Shown: positions 40,801-52,800 of the stretch, piece by piece
How positions within the stretch are numbered: the stretch's first letter is position 1
How the letters are laid out: every line of letters starts with the position of its first letter
Assembly (NCBI GenBank): GCA_949358305.1
Contig: OX442314.1
Location: 5,270,001-5,334,000, forward strand
Direction: 5' to 3'
Length of the DNA stretch: 64,000 nt
Source of the DNA: Strigamia acuminata
Taxonomy: Eukaryota
Program-made: the position numbers and the translations under genes
Notes under the pieces: model-generated
Seen by the model: only the letters and a program-made list of their open reading frames with translations
What the model was told of the DNA's origin: nothing
Database searches by the model: none

Positions 40801-43800
40801 GAAAGTTCAACCGTAAATAATTCAAGTGAATTAAATAATCAAGAATTAGGAAATAATTCTGCTAATATGGAATTAGATCCCGAAGAAGTTACAACACCCG
40901 CTTCAAAAGAAAGCGACATCGTAGTTAATAATCCAAAACATGATTATAACCTTAGGAAAAGGAAAAGAAGTTGTGAACTTTCACAACTGCAACCTCGTAC
41001 GAAGCGAATTTCTACGACAGATCAAGAATGCACAACAGATTTTATACATCTGATTCAAGATCGCCGCTAGTGATAGCGTATTTTTTTAAATAAAAATTTA
41101 AAAAAAGATAAAAAATCGGGTCACTTTTTGACCCACAAATTAGTCATGGTTAAATCATAAACCTATAGGAGAATAGGGTGAAAATACCCCGGGTAGAGAG
41201 TAGAGGATTTGTTCTCTCACAAGCTTCACACACATGTGCGAGTCAACTTTGACACCTGCGTCGATAGAAAAGTTCGTCGCGATTTCTTTCAAGAAAACCT
41301 CGAGATTCGTGGTAAGACTCATGTATTACCAGTAAACTCGGAAAATTATGTGTCAGGACTTAATGTTATAATCCTTTCATGATAGAAAAGGACGAGAGAA
41401 AACTTCGGTGATTAATTTCGTCTGAAAGAGACGAACACGTGACCTCGGCGTGAAGAAGAAAATTTCTCCTTCGAGAAAATTCGAAATATCATCACGCCAG
41501 TTCAACGTTTACTAGAGTGTTACGTGTAAGTAATGATAAATTTAATATATCAAGAGATATTCACGGCTATTTTATATATAAAATTAGGATTTCTACGTTG
41601 GCGGAGAACACCTTCGCTAAAAACAACGAGTTTTGTCAATTAGAAAATCGGCACCACATCATTTTGAATACTTAAGTGGATTCCGGAGATTCCTAGTGTA
41701 AGTATTCTAAAGATAATTCTATCGAATATTACGAATAGTAAAAAAGCCGCACGTAAAATCCCGATATAAAAATATATCGAAACCATCGATAAAGTTGATA
41801 AATTTTCACGATAGATGGCGGTATAAATTTTGTTAAATAAATCGTATTGATAAGATTCTCTATATTATTTTCTCTAGAAAAAATGGGAAAAAAGATCGAA
41901 AAAAAGAGAAAATACGTGTTGGTCGAATCCTCTTCCTCCGATGAAGAAGTAACGGCACCTCCTTCGGCCGCTGCCGTATTCGTAGAAGGGTGTCCCAAAA
42001 CACCCGTGATTATCAACGCCAGAGGCTGGGATATTTTGAGTTGGGCTCGCCAACATCCCGAATTGCTCCCCGCTGAGCTTGGTCCACCCGGAACCCCCAC
42101 GTTACAGGAGGAACCGGCCAAAAAAGAATCAACGGCGAAGCCATTTGTTATTCCAAAGATAAAAGCGGATGATTTCGCCAGAAATAATCCGCCAATTGCA
42201 AAAAACCAGCCAAGTACCAGTAAACCGCGAAAGGTGGAAATTGTGTACAACCGAGTCAAGTCGCCCGAACGAAGAAGGAAATCCCCACCAATGGAAGCTA
42301 AACGCCGCCGAAATCCGGAAGACGCTACACCTTCCTCTTGTAATGGCCAAGAGCGTCCAAAAAGAGAATACGTTAGATTTAACGATTCACCAGACCGAGA
42401 CCGGGAAAAAAGGTCGTATTCCTCCTACCGAAGGTCCGACCGACCTAGGAATAGGTCAAATACCAGCGCATGGTCAGAGCGCCAAAAGTTGGCAAATAAA
42501 GTTCGTCAGATCCAGAAAAGACGAGAACAGTGTAAACAAGATAAAGAGAACGGAAAACCACATGATGATATGGTACTCTCGAAGGACGAAGTGCCATGTC
42601 CTTTTTGTTCCGCCGTCGGGTGGGTCTCGGGATCGGGAACCGGAGGCCACCTGGCGCAATGTTCCAATTGCGAGGGCACAAAGAAGCGGCCCAAAGGCCA
42701 ACCTTGGCGCCCCAGCTTTCTGCCGTTTGTGGTCATGGGAATTCACCCTCCCCCGGCCAGGTTGTGGGCAACTTGCCCGGAGTGTAAAATTGTCCTCTCC
42801 AGTGACGGAAGATCGCCGTACATCAGCCCGGAGTTCTTGAACGCCATAACCACTCCACTAGGAAGGGAAATGCAAGATCTGAGAATTCCGCCAGAAGCTC
42901 TAGAGAGTTCCCGAAAACCACAGAGTACGACAGTCATCGATAAAGGATGTCAAACGGTATCCAAGGAGAACGAAAAAGAAGCCGAAAATGAACTTCTTGT
43001 GGAACCCTTTTTCCCTCCACCAGGAGCGAAAATAGCGCATCTATTCGAATACGAGGTGAGCTACTATTTTCCGACGCTTTTTAGAATTGCCGAGAAAATC
43101 ACGGAACAAATGCGCTCAGACTCTACCGATCCCTCGAATATCAATTATGCTGTCCATGTGATGAAATTGATATTTAACGCCAATCGAGGCGAATCTTTTG
43201 CTGTGCTGGAGCACATATGGACACTGTTAATTGACAGAGTCAACACCGACGGAAAAGGATTAATAAACCCTTCATGGTTCTACGGACTCCCCTGCATTGC
43301 GGAGATATACGACGCTTCGAAGAAGGCTATTGAAGAAAGTTATGAGTTAGTTGAGAAGACTCCAGAATATGAACCAAGGTCTCCGGAGTACGCGCCGAAA
43401 TCTCCACCCGCAGAAGATATAGGTGAAGAACCCAATTTCGTCATCGACCGAAGACCAGCGGAATTTCTTCCCCTAGAAAAGTCCGAAGTCGGTGAGTCCA
43501 GTGAGACTCTTAAGAAAGAGAGTGAAGGATCGGAGTCTGATGAAGAAGAAGTCAAGTGACTCGCGGAGTTAATTTTCGAATTTAATAGAATTTAAGGAAA
43601 AAATGTTAGAATTAACGAAAAACTCAAAAGTATTCTGTTTAGTATTTAATAAGCGGTTGTGATATGCAAAAGTCATGTTATTTTTAAAAAAAGGAAAATC
43701 GAGAGATAATCCTATAAATCAAAAGAAATCTTTTAATAATTGTTAAGCTAAAAAGAAATAATTTACCAAAAAAATTATGTTAAGATTCCCGTTATTTGAA

Positions 43801-46800
43801 ATAATAATTGTGTGAAGAAATGAGGCTAAGTGTTGTAAAGTTCCAAGTTTGTTTTATTGTAACCAAATAATATTTTATTCTTGATAATTCATTAAAAAAG
43901 AATTGTTGCGCACATCAGAAATATGAAATTTATTTTGAGTCACCCGCATACGCACTCAGCTGTTCGGGATGAAAAAAGTCCTGTTTTGAGATATTAATAA
44001 AATCATTTCGCAAGAATAACATAAACTTATGAATAAAATTTATAAGTTGAGTAATTAAGGGGGATGTATGACGGTTTATAAGTGCTATTTATTAATAACA
44101 CGGCCGAATTTTAAGTGTTTTTTGCGAAACCCGCATTTGTCAATGCTCCGAGTCGCCACTAGATGGCGCGATTATAATTCAGCGGTAAATTCGAATTGCG
44201 AGTTAAGAAAACTGGTAAATAAATATAAGAATATATTTATTTATATGAAACGACACTTTATTAGGATTAATATAAATATATATTAATAATTATTGTTCAC
44301 ACTAAGTGATGGGAATCTCTAGTTCAGCAGAAATGGAGATTTGATAATCCATCGATCAACCGATCGATGTGATTGGTGGATCCATTTCCGGTCCTGGGTA
44401 TCCAGTTCCGGTTGTGGTGGGAATTAGCATATTGCTCCTCCGTATCCACTTCCGGCGATACGGGATTGGAGGGATTCGTGGAACCCATGTTCCAATTGGT
44501 TGATTGGATTAATCTCTAATCCAGTCAGGTTATATAAACCCAAACAACCGGCCATCCGGCGGCTCTGTTTGATTATTTCTGTTTGGTATTATTACTTAAG
44601 AAATATGATTCGTTGTCCATTAAAAAACCTTTTGGTTCTTTGTTGATTTATTCACAAAGAACCGCGGCATGATTCTACCGAATCATGCAACCACCGGCAA
44701 TTGAAGCCGACGTATTGGATTGTTATGTTGCATACATGTTTCAAGTTACGGTCTCGCCGAGGAGAACCTGCCTTCTGTGCAATTCAGTATCCTCCGGGCA
44801 GGATTAAGTGGTCATTTTCGGTATGAACGCATCTCGTAACCGCAAGTAAGCACCGGAACTGTTGAGAGTTGGTTCCTTCACCTGTTGGTGCAAAAGCAGT
44901 CTGTTTCACAGTAACCACGAGTAGCACCAAGTGTTTGGCAAGCTGATTCTCATGGTATTTGGTGCCAAAGCAGTCGTTTTGTTATTAGTACCGCGAAGGG
45001 CTAAACTGCTGTGCGGAGCCGCGAGCTATCGACTCCTGTGTACGTGATACCGTCAATCGCTAGACGAACGACCGTGTTGCGGCGCAGGGGACGCTTGATA
45101 CCGTTCTGCATGGCAAGGCGTTTTCTATCGATGGCAATTGTGTGTTGCGACGGGAAGTCTAACATTTATCCTTTACGTTTATAACAGAACAATATTAACT
45201 TGGCCACAAGTTAATTAATCAAAGTCAGGAAGACTTAAAAAACAAGAATACATTGAACTCAATGTGACAAATAAGTTGACGACAACTTATCGATGAAATA
45301 TCCAGTAGAAAAACTCACAACACTTATGAATTAAATATAATTCATAATTGGAATATTGATAAGTAAATGAATACATTTACTTACACCAATATCCTCCCAA
45401 AGTTGTGGCGGTGCAGACAAAGTCAACCGCAATGCTCAGATCATTCGATTTATCGACGTGCGATAATATTACACAGCGAACCAAGGAACCAGCGAAGCCG
45501 TATCGGACTCCAGGACACAGCCATCCGGCTTAGATGACATCTATAATCAGGTCGAGCGATGGGGAAACCGCTCCCATCTCCCAGACCCGTAATGATATTA
45601 TTTTAGGGCCAGTTGGCCAATTCTTTGTATAGTTTAATAGTTGATTTAACTTGCCAAATGTCGGCATTAGTCCTATGTATAATTTAGCTCATTTCATATT
45701 GTTTGCCAACAATAAACTGTCTTGTATTTATCTCGTATTGTATTCACTGTTTATTTATTGCGATCTCTTCCCGGTACCATTGTTAAATGGGAGTTGTGGT
45801 CGTCACCGTCACAAGATTTAATTGTTGTAAATTATCATTTGTTTGACGTTTTATCCAAGTTTGTAATGTTTGCGACACGTTATGCGCGTGTCATTCTATT
45901 ATTGTAAAAACTTTTTCTGAAGAGTAAAGACGTGTTTTTCTGTTCCGTTAACGTGTGATCTTTTAATTCGATTTGGACATTCGAAATACAACACATTCTT
46001 CAACGTGCTGAAAATGTTTCGAACGTTAGTCCTCGCGGCTTCCCTTTGTCTTCGGTTCTTCTCCAAATCTGCCATTGCAATCGATTTTCCTTGGTTTTCT
46101 TTTAAAAAGTCCCGGGTTTCGGCACCATATGTTGCGGCTGCAACTCGAATTGTAATATTGGACAAATAAAAGTTACTTTGAATTCTCGATGTTTCTGAAA
46201 TTGGGCTGATTCTTGAAGATGACAAATAAAGCACACGTTCACACGGATTTACATTTGACAGTAATTAATTTATTCAAAAACGGAAATAGGTAATGTTCTA
46301 TTCCCTACCCTTAACTGTAACAATAAATCATCCCAGTACAGAGTGGGTCACCGAAGTGACCCTCTGGTGGCCAAACATGGCGCCACCTACAATTCCCCCT
46401 AAATGTTGACTTCTACAGGAACTCCAGTTTCCACATAGATGCAATTGCTCAGGAAATATTTGGAGAGGACAAGACTTTTAGAACACTCTGTATATTGTTT
46501 AATTTGTTACCATAATTTCTCTAAGCATAACTTCATTTATCCATCCATAGATTAACGCCAATGGTTCCAGGATGTTAACTTCCTCTTCTTTATTATTCAG
46601 GAATAACTGAATAATATAAGATAATTAAAAATTATTTGCTAGCATATTGGATCACTTCCTGTAATTGATGAGTAATTTCAGACAAATCAGTCACAATTCA
46701 TTTGAGTACACCTAGGTTGGGCCACCTATAACCGGTACTATACAGCCTATTGTACTGGTTATAAGTGGCCCAAATAAAACAGGCCCAACAATAGTAATCC

Positions 46801-49800
46801 TCCTCATACTTGTAACGAGCTAGAATATTCTTGTTATTAAACAAATAATATTCCTTAACGTTGATGCCGCGACGGGACTTATCCTACATCTACAAAAACT
46901 AATTCTACTAAAATACTTAACTAATTCAATCTTTAAGCTGTGGGAGAAATATTCAATAAATATCAAATATTTCTCAAAACAAATACAATTAGATTTATTC
47001 TATTTTGGTGAATAAACTCAATTAAACTTACAAAAAGAAGATAAAATACATATTAAAATTACGAAGAAAAGATAAAATACATATTAAAATTACGAAGAAA
47101 AGATAAAATACATATTAAAATTATAAGAAAAGATAGTGAAAGAAGAAATAATACGAAAATGGCGTTGTTCACGATAACTTGTCGCTTGACGACGAAATGG
47201 CGGCGATGGGTTGGTGCTCGCTCTTGAATCTCGTTCTTCACTCGACGCTCGATCCGAATCTCGAAACAGCGTCGTCCCTCGCTCGACGACAAGGACGACA
47301 ATTTTAACGAAAACAACAACGACTTTGACGAAAAAAGCGAAATAAATCGAGATGCGAGTCCAGACGAATTTGATGCAAGTCCAGACGATACAAATCGAGG
47401 GAATTGGATGCGCAACCGAACAAACTTGACGTAAACAACAAATTGGACGAACTCTTGCCGTACAGAGAAGCGCGACACAAGAAATTCAAGAACGAAGAGG
47501 AGAACGATGGAGATGGAGCCGAAGGAGACAGGACGAATACCAAAGCATTTAACACAAATCTTAGTGCAAAATTGGAAGAGAAAATTGATACGGGATCGAA
47601 CGGCGATGGAGGGATGAGAAACAGACAACTAGGGAACAGAAGTCGAGGGAGGAATAAAATGACGAGCAGCGATACGACAAAGACGCGAACGAAAGAGAAG
47701 GAAATGGCTGTGATTCGATCCACGAGAGGCGTAGAGGCAGGGCCGTCTTTACAGTTCTCAGCGCCCTGGGCTAATAAAACTCAGGCGCCCCTTGCCCAGC
47801 ACTTTTCTGTGCCCGACGCCCTTCTGTGCCCATCGAGCCCCTGTGCCCGGCGCCCCCCTGTGCCCCGGCGCCCCTGGGCTGCAGCCCAGTTAGCCAATGG
47901 TAAAGGTGGGCCTGCATAGAGGATCGAGAGACGGACCACGAGGATAACACGAGTTACGAGGATAATACGAGATATGAGAAAAGCGATAGAAGTGATACGA
48001 AATACAACGAGTGCTGGACTGGCCTGTCGGGCTACCGGGAGTTTCCTGGTGGCCCGTGGCCTCTGTGCTTTGTCGCGGCCCTCTGTGGCCTGTCCCGACT
48101 TCATTAATTGTGGCCCGGACACCCAGCATTCCCGGCAATAAATTTGTTCCCCGTCCAGCCCTGAATATAACAAAGACGACGAGAGCAATGCGAAATACGA
48201 GAACGATGCAAACTTGAGGGAAGACAACCCAAATCGTGAGTTGAAAAACGCACGAAGAGGAGCGATTCGAAATTGGCGCGCGAGACTCAAACCAACTAGA
48301 CGGAAGAAATAAGCGTTCGATACAATGTCGGGAACAGAGGACGAAGTGTCGGCTAGGGCGCCGACATTTAGTCTAATGACCGAGTGTGGAGTTTGTCGAG
48401 TTCGAGACAGACGTGTTACGTCGCCAGAGGGCGCTTGGACGTAACAAGCGCATTATCAAAACGTCCGATAGACGTTTATTGGCAACAGTCAATAGGAGCA
48501 AGCGATTGTTGTATTTAAACCAGTTGAATTGAAATAAAGAATCACTTTGATTTGAACTGAACATGCGTGTGTGTCGCAGACGAGCGGATCTGCCATTTTA
48601 TTTCGAAGTCAGCTAACAATTAGTTTTGATAGTTTACATTACCTTCATATCATGGTGGCATACGTCTGAAGGTTGTAAGAATTCAAATGCAAACGCCAGA
48701 TCAACTATAAGGTTATGTGTTTTTTCTGGAAAACATTGGAAAGATCACAGTCAATTTTCATAAGTTTCAGCTACTGTATGTCTAGAGTGCAATTTTAATT
48801 AACTTACAGTCAAAACTCTTTATATCGAATCGCGATACAAAGAATACCTAAAAATGGCTGGTTTGGTTGACTGGCCATAGAACACCATGTTAAAAAATTT
48901 CGATATAACCAATTCTCGTTATAATGAATCGATTTTTCGGGTCTCTTGCGATTCGTTATAAAGAGTTTTGACTGTAAGCTTATAGTCAAGTAACTGCTGT
49001 AGTTGTAAGAAAAGTTGAAGGTGTATGACGGCATAAAGCTGAAGGCATAAAGCTGAAGGCATAATACCAAAGGGATGTTGAAATCATTTAGTGTGAATGT
49101 GCTGTAACTATTGGGTGGCCCACATAAAACCGGCACGACAATATGTAAGAATGCCAAAACAATGTGTCAGTAACAGCTCACAACTGCTCTCTGTTCTGCC
49201 CTTTTTATTGCTCACTGCTTAATGATATACAGGTATACCATTCAAATCTCATGTTTACTATTGCATCTGAGCATAGATCTTGCAATCCTCAAAAACTCTG
49301 TAACTATTGTTTATTGTGTTATCCAATTTTGAAATTTATACTTTTAATCTAATTCTGTTTTAAATCTTATTTTCTTTGTCAAATCTCACAGCCTCCCCTT
49401 CTTAAATAGAAATTTAAAATTTTTTTCTGAGTTATCTGAGTTTGCAAAATCTAGCATTTAATGTAATACTAACAACATTCCATAATTTATACAATAAAAT
49501 TTCAATTGTAAGTTTTTATTTTAACAGTACTTGTAGGTGCATTCAATATCGATAAGGAGAAGTGACTTCTCTTTAAGTTGATTAAATAAGTCATTTGAAA
49601 GAAGTGACTTATGTTTGAACGCGCTTATTATTTTACCTAAGTGTTTGGCTTCTATCCAGCAGTGTTGGGCACGGTACAGTAACGGTACCGGCAGTACAGT
49701 AACGCCGGTACCGTTACTATACCGGAGGCCTGTACCGCGGTACTTTTTAAGAAAGCATCATGTACCGTTACTGGTACCGCGTTACTTTTTATGGGAACAG

Positions 49801-52800
49801 CAAGTACCGGGTACTTTCGCCGCCATGCAGTACCGGTACCGGGATTTTGCGGTACGCGAGAAAACACGAGATTCTCGTGTTTTCTCCCGTTTTCCACGAT
49901 AATAAAGTTAAAAAGTGTATGTTTTGCTGCAAATTCAATACCCCGGATTGGCTACTACAACAAGCATGCGTAATCCAAATAAACAGTCGTTTGAATTTTA
50001 ATGAAAATTGGAAATTTAAAATTAGACTCATTCAAATTGAGTGCGCAAAGTAAAGTGCGGCGACGCCGAAGCCTGCCCGTCTCACACGAGATACGCGAGT
50101 AATAATTCCCGGCGTATTGAATTTGCAGCAAAACATACACTTTTTAAGTTTATTATCGTGGAAAACGGGAGAACGAGAATCTCGTGTTTTCTCGCGTTTT
50201 CTCGAGTACCGCGAGATGTACCGCAAAATCCCGGTATCGCTACTGTACCGGGACCGCGGTACTTTTTTAGGACGCAGCAAGTACCGCGTACCGGTACCGC
50301 GTTACTCTTGGCGGACGCAGCAAGTACCGCGTACCGGTACCGCGTTACATTTCTCCTTTGGCGCAAGTACCGGTAACGGTACCGCGGTACGTGTTGGAAG
50401 TACCGTGCCCAACACTGCTATCCAGTTGTGACGAGTTCTGAGCATGCTCAGAACAAGTATTGCAAATGGCTGCCAAACCAAGATGCAAAAGATCAACGCA
50501 ATGTGGCCTAAAACAAAAAAAATATGTGCTCAAAAATTCTAAAAACCACATGCATCTCTTTTTCTTGTGTTAATTAGAAGTTCATGGAAGTTTTAAAATT
50601 TTAGAGCACACATTTTTTTTGTTTTAGGCAACATTGCGATGAGCGAATTAGATCGGAAAAGAATGCGGCCAAAAAGGTCTAATTACATTTCTAATGGCGA
50701 AATGGAAGAAATTATAAATTATAAATTATAAATAATAGTGAGTTTGCGGTTGCCAATTGTTCCTTATAATTATCAGTTACAAGCTCATAATTATAAAAAT
50801 GGACTTATAACATAACGTAACTCCTCAACTTTTACACTATTTTGTAAAATAAGGGAGCCAATCAGATCGCTTAACACTATTGGAAGCTCCTCTCACTATT
50901 GCAAATGGCGCTGATGGTGCTAATGGAAATTCAAAATGGCTGCCTGACCTGTTTCAACATTCAGCCTCAATCACAATTTCTTTCTGCCATCGAAGGATAT
51001 AAACAACTAAAATCATTCCAGGTAAGCAAATAAATAAACTGGAAGACAATTTCATGTATGAAAACTGTCAAATTAGTAAAACTACAGATTTTCATTTTCT
51101 TTTGCATAGGGATTTGTTCTACCATTACATGGTATTGTATAAGTATAATTTATAAAATATATTTATTGTACCGCAAGTGCCTATTTCAAGAAGGAATTAT
51201 AATTATAATTATGAGCTTGTAACTCATATTATAAGGAACAATTGGCAACCGCAAACTCACTAATGTCGCGCTAGATGTGCGCATCTAGCGCGACATTATT
51301 TACCGAGACATGAATCTTCCGCAACAAGCCGTCCTGAAAAATGGTTTTGCATAAAAAAACCAGTAAGGTTAGTTTTGCGGGGGGTCAAGGGGGGGCGCAG
51401 CCCCCCCCCCCCTTGTTAGGGCCTTCTTAGGAATTGGAAGAAGAAATACCCAAAATACAAGTTCCAAAGTCGCGCTAGATGACACGCCCACAGATTCGCC
51501 ATTGGAAACGCAAATAACGTTTCCAATAGCAAATTTCAATATACACGTTTCCAACGGCGAATTTCCGAGATTCGCCATTGGAAACGTCAAAATAGCTTTC
51601 CAATGGCGAATTTTGGACGATTCGCCGTTGGAACGGGTACCCCTTCTACTCTCACAGTTTTTACTGGCCTTTAATCTTACTTTTTCTGGGTACTCGTAGA
51701 ACTAAGCTTGTAAGGAGAACTGAATTCAAGTTTATATGTATATTTATTCGTGCTTACGAACGTATACCTGTATTGATTTGTGTACAATGTCCAAAAGGAA
51801 GGGGAATCAGACTTTTTGATGCATTCAGAATTGTTTTATATCCACGAAAATACTATAAATATCAAATAATTTAATCTAATATTTCACCCATGGTTATATT
51901 TAAGAAACATACCTTATCAGCTATTTCATAATTAAGTGTGACTGTTTCATGGACGTTGAGTTTTTCCCAGATTTCTTCCAATGATAAATTGTTGTTGAAC
52001 AATTGCCAGGGTGATATGTTATTGCAGGTCTTGTTAGTTTGATTCATTAAGTTCAACTTGGTTTTATCAATTTCACCATCTTGTGGTTCACCACAGACCG
52101 TCACAGACGGATATTGGGTAAAGCGTCGTTGAACTACGAGTACTGTTTTTGTTATCGGTTCTTCAATGTAGTAGTTCAAACGAATTTTCAAGCAATACAA
52201 AGTGAATCCAGTGCATATTATAACCAGAATTGTCTTAAGATCAAGTGAAATTACATTTCTTTGTTGACTCACAATTATATTTTTTGTGAATTTGTCATAA
52301 ACACGGCGAATCTTATTAACCGTTTTTTTTTTCCGAATGTTTGTTAGATACCATGCGATTTCAGGCAACGAGGTTAAAGATAGACCGAGAAATAGGCCCA
52401 GATTGCCTCCTAAATCTGATAGTAAAGCAATAACATCATATGTGTACCGTTCTTCATACACGGTGATTTTATCATTGGTTGCTAACGATGCAGATATGGT
52501 GTTTTTATCATCTGCTATGCCCGCGTCGGCGTATGTTATAAACATTAACTGTTCACATGGACGTCGACACAGACAATCAGCAATTGGGTCGGTAGTTTCA
52601 ATTAAACGATTTGCAATACCATATAGTTCATGGGTGGTATTTGAACATTCACAGAGTGGTAAATCTGTCTTTGTAAAGGGTAATCTGGCAAAGATGATGT
52701 TTCATTTATTTATATTTTTATTTTAGTTGTATTTGTGTATTGTGCATCTTACCTGCATAACACACATATTTTTAATTTTTTAAGTAAGCATTCACGATAA

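Larger units (their letters stand above)
29080..45813 (+). mobile_element. Young Ty3/Gypsy LTR retrotransposon (16.7 kb) with long LTRs, a third ORF and an internal duplication
   Basis: 1747-bp LTRs at 29080-30826 and 44067-45813, no differences seen on spot checks; 4-bp TSD AGAT; PBS tRNA-Gln; PPT AAGGGGGA. Long LTRs and the IN C-terminal motif suggest the Osvaldo/Ulysses group (tentative). Confidence 0.95.
24568..45993 (+). mobile_element. Ty1/Copia LTR retrotransposon with intact ORF; 3' LTR split by the Gypsy
   Basis: 184-bp LTRs (24568-24751; 29072-29079 + 45818-45993), identical by eye; 5-bp TSD CATTC; PBS TGGTAGCAGAGGGTGGTT. Confidence 0.95.
15938..46435 (-). mobile_element. BEL/Pao LTR retrotransposon (degenerate, interrupted by three direct insertions)
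   Basis: 306-bp LTRs at 46130-46435 (5') and 15938-16243 (3'), TG..CA, about 4 differences seen; 5-bp TSD TAGAT; PBS TGGTGCCGAAACCCGGGA; PPT GGGAGGGGGGGAC; domain order gag (triple Zn knuckle)-PR-RT-RH-IN. Confidence 0.95.
15221..46490. mobile_element. Long-TIR Tc1/mariner MITE (about 0.77 kb when empty), split by the BEL/Pao insertion; outermost element of the nest
   Basis: TA|CAGGGGGGAAGAAAAGTCTG at 15221. The right arm runs to 15937 and resumes at 46441, ending AGAACACTCTG|TA. TIR sequence is closely similar to that of the DD41D element at 17387-20259. Confidence 0.85.

Noticed and set aside
41847..43559. ORF3 as env, with the hydrophobic MIRFSILFSL as a signal peptide
   Set aside because: That segment starts at a TTG and corresponds to the pyrimidine-rich acceptor upstream of the real ATG (41883); no TM anchor is present.
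47059..48290. ORFs of 139-189 aa on both strands
   Set aside because: Low-complexity products of a purine-skewed repeat, crossing MITE boundaries, with no motifs.
49615..50551. Cluster of overlapping ORFs
   Set aside because: Arise from the GTACCG repeats of the hAT MITE.
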